In this document: piece by piece, positions 49,116 through 56,072 of the stretch | Layout: each line of letters starts with the position of its first letter | Position numbering within the stretch: the stretch's first letter is position 1 | NCBI GenBank assembly: GCA_002378195.1 | Contig: DFRJ01000003.1 | Location: 98,879 to 154,950 of the forward strand | DNA: 56,072 nt | Direction: 5' to 3' | Source of the DNA: Patescibacteria group bacterium UBA3466 | Lineage (GTDB): Bacteria > Patescibacteriota > Minisyncoccia > Phycocordibacterales > UBA918 | The notes under the pieces: model-generated | Databases searched by the model: none | Told to the model about the DNA's origin: nothing | What the model saw: only the letters and a program-made list of their open reading frames with translations | Program-made: the position numbers and the translations under genes

Positions 49116-50294
49116 TTAGGCTCGAGTGCTCCAAGAAAGGTGCATTGAGTCCCCCGCGTACGATTTGTACTTTGCGCACATACGTACGGCGTCGGCTCCG
49201 TTTGGAGCGTGCCGTACCCACTTACCACTAATGACATCGCGCCAATAGTAGTCTGCTTTTCGTTCGTTCCAACCCATGGTGATGTTCCATCCCGAGGGGA
49301 TGTTTACCTTGGCGAAACCTGATCCGCAGCGAGGGACAACTACTTCCGTGGGAGACCCGGCAGGAGACAGTGACCGGCTTATAGCCGGTCGTGTGGAGAA
49401 ATGCGTCGAATTGCTCGACTGTGCCTGGTATGGCCGATATGGCTCACGTACTCGTTCTTCGCCAGCACCATAGTACATCTGCAGGGTATCGAAGATAACC
49501 ATGAGAGCCAGTATGGCGCAGACACCGATCACCGGATAGGTGACGATCTTCCACGTTTTTGAGGCGAGAGACTTATCGTACTGGAAGTTAATGAAGCCCA
49601 TCAGAGCTCCAAATAACATGATCCAGAAAGCGCCGGGCATATCCTTAAACGTAAACGCTGTTAGGATAAACGAAGCAGTGCCGTAGATCATCAGAGTGGT
49701 TACCACCAGCCTGACGTTGAGATAGAGTCCGTTGCGGACGCCATCAACACGGTTTGTGATGAACTGCGCCAAGAAATTTGGGTCAACCCTATCATTCGCA
49801 ACGGCATCGAGTATCCGCTCCAGCTCTCGCTTGTCCGTAAAGAAACTCCCTACGAGTCCAAGTGCACTGAAGCCTAACAGCACCTCGGTCTTCAGACCAA
49901 CCATCGTGATGATTAGTAAGCCGAGACCCGCTGGCAGAATGTTAAGATATTGCGCATTAACACCAAGTCCAGCAAAGATAGACGTTACTACTGCAGTGCA
50001 GGCGAAGAATATTCCTGTGGACAGCACTTCGCTTCGGTATCCATTACGGTACAGGTAGATACTTATACCTAACCCAGCGAAGAACAGGGCTGGTATCAGG
50101 AATTTGAAACCTGCAACATTGTTTCCCCACATCACTGTTATCATTGCCAGGAAGACAATGACAGTCATGATGAGGTATTTCCAGAGAGTTTTCACTGCCC
50201 TGAGATACGTCGCCCGAGTGACCGTTGCGGCCATTCGAGCGATACCTTCTTCAACGGGTTCCCCGTTCACTACTACAGGATTTGTGTTCATCAA
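49116..50294 (-). CDS. Polytopic membrane protein with a small C-terminal extracellular domain
   Basis: About 8 TM helices; AGGAG SD; co-oriented with the upstream gene. Confidence 0.7.
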   Translation of the reverse strand: MMNTNPVVVNGEPVEEGIARMAATVTRATYLRAVKTLWKYLIMTVIVFLAMITVMWGNNVAGFKFLIPALFFAGLGISIYLYRNGYRSEVLSTGIFFACTAVVTSIFAGLGVNAQYLNILPAGLGLLIITMVGLKTEVLLGFSALGLVGSFFTDKRELERILDAVANDRVDPNFLAQFITNRVDGVRNGLYLNVRLVVTTLMIYGTASFILTAFTFKDMPGAFWIMLFGALMGFINFQYDKSLASKTWKIVTYPVIGVCAILALMVIFDTLQMYYGAGEERVREPYRPYQAQSSNSTHFSTRPAISRSLSPAGSPTEVVVPRCGSGFAKVNIPSGWNITMGWNERKADYYWRDVISGKWVRHAPNGADAVRMCAKYKSYAGDSMHLSWSTRA

Positions 50295-50301
50295 CTGCTC
50301 C

Positions 50302-51351
50302 TTAAGATGTGAGGAAGTCCCAGGTTTTCATCCAGAACCTCTTTTCGCTTTTTCGCTTTTGCAGGTAGGTCTCTGACTCTTTGTATTTCACGTAGAGCTT
50401 GAGACGCGCACCAAGGGTTTTCCGGTTGGTCCAGTTGGACGCCTTTTTGAAGCGAGACGGTTGACCGTCGACTTCGTCAAACATCCAAGCTTTGCCTTTG
50501 GCTGCTACTTCCATCAGCTTCGAGAAGGTGAGGTTTTCGTCCCACCACTTGAGGCTTTCAGGAGTAGGCATCATCGGCATACCAAGCGCGGTCATGTAGG
50601 CGATGGCCTCCTTGTAACCATTCTCCAGGTGACGCTGCTTGGTGGTTGTGCGCGCTTTCGGCGATGCCTTGTTGGCTTCGCTTTCAACGATCGCTACCAA
50701 CCGCTTAAACAGCTTACGAGTGTAACCGACGGATTCGCTGTACTCGTCCCTTGTGTAGTCCACCGTAGTGGTGGTCTTGTTAAGGAGTGCTTCATCGCGC
50801 CAGTTATTGCGGCCACTCTTCACCCGCTTGGTAAAACCAGAGTTCGAAAACTCGTCAGATACCTGTCGCTCTGTTACTGTACCCATTTTCTGCGCCGCAG
50901 AGTTGAGTTCGGTTACCATCGTACGCCAGGCTTCAGACTGGACTGCAGCGTAATTACTGATTGCCAGTTTGACAGCAGGGTTGGTCAGGTCACGATACTG
51001 ATCACGATACATGTAGCCTAGAAGGCCAACCAGGATCTTCTCCTCCGCATCCTTGAAACCGGTGTCAGTGACTATTTGCGTCACGTTGCCGGTGGTCGGG
51101 TCGATGTGGTCATCATAATGAGACGTTCGAATGTTCAGAAGCTCCCGAATCATCTTGATCTCATCACCAGTGCGGAAAAAACCACCCTTCAGGTCCGGTT
51201 CGGGAGCTGAAGAATTGTTCGTCGATTCCGTCGATTTGGTAGAGTTGGCCTTCTTTTTCATGTCTCCGAACAAGTCGTAGGCCGTGTATATTTCACCCCA
51301 ATGTTTCCCGATGAATCCCAGAACTACATCAAGAAAGTTATCCGTTTTCAT
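50302..51351 (-). CDS. Hypothetical protein
   Basis: 349-aa ORF, GGAG SD, TTGACT and TATAAA promoter upstream. Confidence 0.7.
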   Translation of the reverse strand: MKTDNFLDVVLGFIGKHWGEIYTAYDLFGDMKKKANSTKSTESTNNSSAPEPDLKGGFFRTGDEIKMIRELLNIRTSHYDDHIDPTTGNVTQIVTDTGFKDAEEKILVGLLGYMYRDQYRDLTNPAVKLAISNYAAVQSEAWRTMVTELNSAAQKMGTVTERQVSDEFSNSGFTKRVKSGRNNWRDEALLNKTTTTVDYTRDEYSESVGYTRKLFKRLVAIVESEANKASPKARTTTKQRHLENGYKEAIAYMTALGMPMMPTPESLKWWDENLTFSKLMEVAAKGKAWMFDEVDGQPSRFKKASNWTNRKTLGARLKLYVKYKESETYLQKRKSEKRFWMKTWDFLTS

Positions 51352-51572
51352 ATCATTTCTCCAATTGTCAAAGCGACTTAGTCGCGAAACTTATAGAGGG
51401 GAATCCCTCATGCCTGTTTTTATAATAGCATAATTTAAACTAAAAGTCAAGTTTTGTGTGTTGAAATAACGTTGATAAATAAGGTTATCCTTGGATATCT
51501 TGGGAATTTAGGGTTTGTTTTGGGTAGAGGGGCGGTTGCGAAGCAACCGCCCCTTGTGTATGATTTTTGTTC

Positions 51573-52607
51573 ATGAAAAAAGCCAATCGTCCAAAAGTAC
51601 TAAGTCGCCAAGAAAAACGCCAATTGGTGGCTAATGATAAGCGCCCAAGAAACACCGTATCTTTTTATCGTTACGTTAAGATTGCTGATCCAGAATCCTT
51701 CAAAGAGCGCTTGTTTGATAAGTGGTCAGACCTAGACTGTCTGGGTCGGATATATGTAGCCAAGGAAGGTATCAACGCCCAAATGAACGTGCCAACAATG
51801 TACTGGGATCAGTTCGATGCTTGGGTGCAAAATCAACCAGAACTAGCCGGAGTGCCGTATAAAAAGGCGGTAGAGGAAGGTGACGAGTCTTCGTTCTACA
51901 AGCTCACTATCAAAGTGAAGGATAAAATTGTGGCCGATGGTTTAGACGATGATTCTTTTGATGTGACCAATACTGGAGCTTATCTAACAGCTGAAGAGAT
52001 GAACGAGTATGTAGATGATCCAGATGCGGTAGTGGTGGATATGCGTAATAACTATGAAGCTGAGGTAGGTCACTTTGATGGAGCAATAACTCCAGATGTG
52101 GTGACGTTTCGAGAGGAGCTATCAAAGACTCCAGAGATGCTCAAAATTCACAAGAATAAGAAAGTGGCTTTGTATTGTACGGGTGGGATTCGGTGTGAAA
52201 AGGCTAGTGCCTGGCTTAAGCACAATGGCTTTAAGGACGTGCGTCACCTCAAAGGTGGAATTATTGATTATGCACACCAGGTAAAGCAAAAGAATCTACC
52301 AAATAAATTTAAAGGCAAGAACTTCGTGTTTGATGAACGATTAGGCGAACGGATTAGCGATGAGATTATTTCTACTTGTCATATCTGCCGCGCGGCGAAG
52401 AGCGATACTCACTACCACTGCAGGAATCAAATCTGTCACTCTTTGTTTATTGGATGCGATGATTGTGTTGAGAAGAAGCACGGATATTGTTCATTTGGGT
52501 GCGAGTTGGTAGATAAGTTGCCAGAAAAGACCAAAAAAACCATGGCCCGACTCTACAATCAATTTATCCGAAAACGCCGACCGTTTCAGAAGACTAGGTT
52601 GGTGTAA
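51573..52607 (+). CDS. trhO: Oxygen-dependent tRNA uridine(34) hydroxylase TrhO (rhodanese family)
   Basis: EGINAQ, D.RN.YE..VGHF, YCTGGIRCEKA and FVFD.R motifs. Confidence 0.92.
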   Translation: MKKANRPKVLSRQEKRQLVANDKRPRNTVSFYRYVKIADPESFKERLFDKWSDLDCLGRIYVAKEGINAQMNVPTMYWDQFDAWVQNQPELAGVPYKKAVEEGDESSFYKLTIKVKDKIVADGLDDDSFDVTNTGAYLTAEEMNEYVDDPDAVVVDMRNNYEAEVGHFDGAITPDVVTFREELSKTPEMLKIHKNKKVALYCTGGIRCEKASAWLKHNGFKDVRHLKGGIIDYAHQVKQKNLPNKFKGKNFVFDERLGERISDEIISTCHICRAAKSDTHYHCRNQICHSLFIGCDDCVEKKHGYCSFGCELVDKLPEKTKKTMARLYNQFIRKRRPFQKTRLV

Positions 52608-52737
52608 TGAAGAGGTTTTTATTTCTAGGAAATTAAATAAAAACATACTTCCACCTCGCACACAGGTACGAAAGTAAAGCAGTTTACTTTCTAAAAATAA
52701 AAGCTGGACAAATTTGTCCAGCTTTTATTTTTACCTG

Positions 52738-52893
52738 TGTGCGCAGGAGAGGACTTGAACCCTACACGTTCAGTACCCGTTTTGGCTAGAATTATTTCGC
52801 TAGCTCATAATCTAGCTCAAAACAGCTTCAAGTCCTTAATAAAGTTTCCCAAACTTTATTACCTACGCAAAAAACCGGCCGGAGCCGGTTTGC
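52738..52893 (-). mobile_element. tRNA-linked mini-element (Leu-TAG copy)
   Basis: 24-bp direct copy of the tRNA 3' end (52738-52761), 68-bp core (52762-52829) identical to 53473-53540, inverted T-arm copy. Confidence 0.8.
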
Positions 52894-52895
52894 TG

Positions 52896-52977
52896 TGCGC
52901 AGGAGAGGACTTGAACCTCCACGGATTGCTCCACTAGTGCCTAAAACTAGCGCGTCTACCAATTTCGCCACCTGCGC
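52896..52977 (-). tRNA. tRNA-Leu(TAG)
   Basis: Acceptor GCGCAGG/CCTGCGC, anticodon arm CTAGT-TTTAGGC-ACTAG, variable arm. Confidence 0.95.
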
Positions 52978-53095
52978 ATATGAGATTGTGGCCGAGAGTA
53001 TATCAGAAACCACTGGTAAATGCTAGGTCTATTGACAACCCTATTGAAGTTTGTAGAATGCGGAAAGTCAAAGATAGCCTTATTTAGGAGTAATT

Positions 53096-53371
53096 GTGAT
53101 GAATAAAATTCATCTCAGCAGACTGAATGAAATAGAAGCAGAGCTGAAGGAATTGGAGGAAAAAGAATCCAAGCTTACTGAAGCCTACAGGCTCAATAGG
53201 TCTAAAATTGAAAAGCTCTTGCATGAAAGATACGATCTCGAGGACGAGCAGTGCGATGATACTATCAAAAGAGCGGATTTGATAAGGAAAAAAGCGTTGG
53301 CTGACAAGGAGGAAATCGCCAAGAAGCGAGCCGCGTTAAGCAATGAGAGCTCTAAGAAAGTAAGCTTGTAA
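53096..53371 (+). CDS. Coiled-coil hypothetical protein
   Basis: AGGAG SD, TTGACA and TAGAAT promoter, downstream terminator. Confidence 0.65.
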   Translation: MMNKIHLSRLNEIEAELKELEEKESKLTEAYRLNRSKIEKLLHERYDLEDEQCDDTIKRADLIRKKALADKEEIAKKRAALSNESSKKVSL

Positions 53372-53426
53372 GTTCTTCCGGCGATCGACTAGTGATAAAA
53401 TTCAAAAGCGCCCTACGGGGCGTTTT

Positions 53427-53583
53427 TCATTTTCACTTCGTTCAAATTTGTCCGCCATCTAGGGCTCGAACGCTACACGTTCAGTACCCGTTTTGGCTAG
53501 AATTATTTCGCTAGCTCATAATCTAGCTCAAAACAGCTTCGAGCCCCAACAAAAAGTCTCCCAGACTTTTCTGATGTCGTCCA
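53427..53583 (-). mobile_element. tRNA-linked mini-element (Lys copy)
   Basis: 45-bp direct repeat 53427-53471/53584-53628, 68-bp core 53473-53540, inverted T-arm copy TTCGAGCCC. Confidence 0.8.
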
Positions 53584-53607
53584 TCATTTTCACTTCGTTC
53601 AAATTTG

Positions 53608-53680
53608 TCCGCCATCTAGGGCTCGAACCTAGGACCGTCTGCTTAAGAGGCAGCTGCTCTACCAACTGAGCTAATGGCGG
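53608..53680 (-). tRNA. tRNA-Lys(CTT)
   Basis: Acceptor CCGCCAT/ATGGCGG, anticodon arm CTGC-CTCTTAA-GCAG. Confidence 0.92.
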
Positions 53681-53888
53681 ATATCGTTTCCGTTATACCC
53701 CTGTCGAGGCGTAGAAGAGCACCCCATGCTTTTCTACCTCCACAAACTGAGCTAATACGGATGTCTTTTGTTCGCATGAGTGTACAAGAAATACTGTTAA
53801 ATAGCAATAGTGCAATTTGATTTTTAGAACGTTAGATTCTGTGCTAAAGTACTGCTTACGAAATCAGTGTCAACACTATTTCAAATAA

Positions 53889-53963
53889 GTCCTGGTGGCG
53901 AAGTGGTAACGCTTCGGTCTGCAAAACCGACATGCGCGGGTTCGATTCCCGCCCAGGACTCCA
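53889..53963 (+). tRNA. tRNA-Cys(GCA)
   Basis: Acceptor GTCCTGG/CCAGGAC, U discriminator, encoded CCA, anticodon arm TCGGT-CTGCAAA-ACCGA. Confidence 0.95.
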
Positions 53964-54123
53964 GGAAGAACCTTCGGGTTTTTTCGTAGGTGTCACCCCC
54001 CCATTAATGAACTAATTTGTGTTCAAGTGGTGGAATCGGTAGGTGAGATGGTTTGGGAAATCATCGAACAGGGACTTTAATAAGTCGCTCGTCTACCGAT
54101 TTCACTATTTGTGAAATTATGTT

Positions 54124-54212
54124 GCCCAGGTGGTGGAATCGGTAGACACGAGGGACTTAAAATCCCTTGCCTTTCAAACGGCGTGCGGGTTCAATTCCCG
54201 CCCTGGGCACCA
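54124..54212 (+). tRNA. tRNA-Leu(TAA)
   Basis: Acceptor GCCCAGG/CCTGGGC, anticodon arm AGGGA-CTTAAAA-TCCCT, ends ACCA. Confidence 0.95.
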
Positions 54213-55737
54213 GAATAGAACTTTTTGGTTCTAAACCAACTTTGTCATAGGCGGCGCGTAGCGCCGCCCATGCTGTTGGTGGCTCCACAGAGCCACCAAC
54301 TAAGGACGAGACGACCACACGACGGCCGCCGAGGCGGAGGTGCGAGCCAAAGATTTCTTTGGCAGCAACCTTTTTAGCAAAAAGGTTGCAATCAGAAGCG
54401 ATTTCATCCAAGTTCTGAGCGTCTTTTAGCCACTTTTGGAAAGGTGCGAGCCAATCATTCTGCGTGTGTGTCATGGAGGTAATTTCTGCCTGCAAAGTCT
54501 TTTTCTCGGAGAGCAATTTCGCTTTCTGTTTTCGATAATCAAGTTCGTCAATCACTTGGTCGAGATAGCCATTTAATAGTCTGTCCAACTTCTGCGAAAT
54601 TGCCGTCAGTCTATCTTCCTTCTCCGATACACACGCGGTCAAAGACTGGGCGGAGTTTTTATGTTCGGCTATCGCCATGCGATTCAATTCTTCCGCCCAG
54701 TCTTTAGGCAAAGTCACTGATTTGATGAGGGATGATATTTGTTGGTCGAGAACATGAGAACGAAGCGACTTCTCGTTGCAAACGATACTCTTGTGCTTCT
54801 TGGTGCAGCGATAATACACGTAGTGGTGTACATTTCCGTTTTTCTGTCGCTTCGTCTTGTTCTCGGCCGTTATCATCATCCCGCAAGAAGCGCAGGAGAT
54901 AAGTCCACAGTATGGTTGCGGTTCGTTCTTGGGTTTGCGGTATGGCTGACCTCTCTTTTTGAGTACCGCCTGCGCTTCATCAAACAGTGGCTTTGAAATG
55001 ATTGGCTCGTGCTTTCCTTCGTGAAGTTCGCCAGCGTACTTAAATAGACCAACATAAAAAGGATTCGAGAGGATAAAAGACGCTCTAGTCTTGGAGATTC
55101 TCTTGCCGGTACGAGCGGTGACGTGGTGGGCGGCGAAAAAGTCTGCGACGTCTTCTAACCTCATGTCTCCGACTGCGTATAACTCAAACGCTTGTTTTAT
55201 TACTCTTGCTCTCTTTTTGTCTGGAACAATAGTTTTGGTACGAACGTCATTTATATACCCGATCGGTGCTTTGCTCGGACAGTGTCCCAAGCGGACTTTT
55301 TGCCTCAGCCCACGTTTCGTATTTTCGGAAAGAGAATCAACATAGTATTTGCTTTGTCCGAACGCCATCGACAACATAAATTTTCCCTGACTGGTGTTAT
55401 CACACCAAAAGGTCGGGAACTTGAGACTCGCAAGAACGCCGGTGTCGAGGAGGTGAATAATCTGCCCACCGTCAACGGAGTTGCGCGCTAAACGGTCTGG
55501 TGCCCAGGAGACTATACCGGAAGCTTCGCCACGTTCAATACGCGAGAGCATTTGCCCGAAAATAGGCCTCCCTAATTTCTTGGCTGATTGTTTTTCGATA
55601 AAATCCTCGACTATCTCTAAACCCTGCTCACGGGCAAATGTACGCAGCTCGACTAACTGAGCGTCAATCGACATCACCTGCTTATCCTCGACATCGGTGG
55701 ACTTGCGAGCGTACAAAAAGAACTTTTGTTTTTCCAT
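54157..55737 (-). CDS. Large serine recombinase (resolvase, recombinase and zinc-ribbon domains)
   Basis: YARKST, DRLARN, P.GY, CASCG...YYRC motifs and coiled coil; the 3' end runs antisense into tRNA-Leu. Confidence 0.93.
   Translation of the reverse strand: MEKQKFFLYARKSTDVEDKQVMSIDAQLVELRTFAREQGLEIVEDFIEKQSAKKLGRPIFGQMLSRIERGEASGIVSWAPDRLARNSVDGGQIIHLLDTGVLASLKFPTFWCDNTSQGKFMLSMAFGQSKYYVDSLSENTKRGLRQKVRLGHCPSKAPIGYINDVRTKTIVPDKKRARVIKQAFELYAVGDMRLEDVADFFAAHHVTARTGKRISKTRASFILSNPFYVGLFKYAGELHEGKHEPIISKPLFDEAQAVLKKRGQPYRKPKNEPQPYCGLISCASCGMMITAENKTKRQKNGNVHHYVYYRCTKKHKSIVCNEKSLRSHVLDQQISSLIKSVTLPKDWAEELNRMAIAEHKNSAQSLTACVSEKEDRLTAISQKLDRLLNGYLDQVIDELDYRKQKAKLLSEKKTLQAEITSMTHTQNDWLAPFQKWLKDAQNLDEIASDCNLFAKKVAAKEIFGSHLRLGGRRVVVSSLVGGSVEPPTAWAALRAAYDKVGLEPKSSILVPRAGIEPARRLKGKGF
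54208..54345. repeat. 138-bp inverted repeat, left arm
   Basis: Exact reverse complement of 55914-56051. Confidence 0.95.
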
Positions 55738-55913
55738 AGGTACAACATAAAGCAGAAATAGCCACACTGGGCACACAATTTAACGTAAATCAAATTGATC
55801 CAGCATGGCTATTTCTGCTGACTTACTACTAAAATTGTGTGCATGGCAATAGTACCACAAAACAAATGTTCTTTTTGTACCAAAGCAAATACTATGTTTA
55901 ATCGCTGCTGATG

Positions 55914-56051
55914 TCGCACCTCCGCCTCGGCGGCCGTCGTGTGGTCGTCTCGTCCTTAGTTGGTGGCTCTGTGGAGCCACCAACAGCATGGGCGGCGCTA
56001 CGCGCCGCCTATGACAAAGTTGGTTTAGAACCAAAAAGTTCTATTCTGGTG
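55914..56051. repeat. 138-bp inverted repeat, right arm
   Basis: Exact reverse complement of 54208-54345. Confidence 0.95.
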
Positions 56052-56072
56052 TCTCTATTGTACCAAGCTCGA

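Noticed and set aside
54157-55737. Serine recombinase as the mobiliser of the mini-elements
   Set aside because: Its junction is at the tRNA CCA end, whereas mini-element breakpoints lie at T/D loops or within ftsZ; no shared sequence was seen.
55780-56034. 84-aa minus-strand ORF
   Set aside because: Largely an antisense reading of the recombinase-derived inverted repeat.
1-56072. CRISPR array or cas genes
   Set aside because: No run of three or more equal repeats with unique spacers and no Cas-like ORF; the long repeats come in pairs.

Overview
Genome segment of a small-genome bacterium, most consistent with Patescibacteria/CPR (Parcubacteria-like). This assignment is an inference from gene content: a tandem VirB2/TrbC-like pilin array, a LamG repeat protein, mostly leaderless genes and a degenerate HisRS paralog. 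Core genes include valS, tsaD, ftsA/ftsZ, ybeY, rpsU, lepB, pth, rpsA, gyrA and trhO. The window also has eight tRNAs, Mn and Zn ABC uptake systems with their regulators, and a large serine recombinase at tRNA-Leu(TAA). The most striking unexplained structure is a family of short (about 100-200 bp) non-coding hairpin-rich insertions at seven of the eight tRNAs (all but Val; Cys only as the neighbour of the Leu(TAA) insert, so six directly) and at the 3' end of ftsZ. Each duplicates part of its target, and most also carry an antisense copy of it. Two copies share an identical 68-bp core but have flanks matched to different tRNAs, and the ftsZ copy replaces the gene end with a synonymously recoded one. 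Other highlights are tandem c-di-GMP-II-like riboswitches, a recombinase gene flanked by 138-bp perfect inverted repeats encoding an alternative C-terminus, and several unannotated structured RNA candidates. All calls were made by eye, with no database searches.
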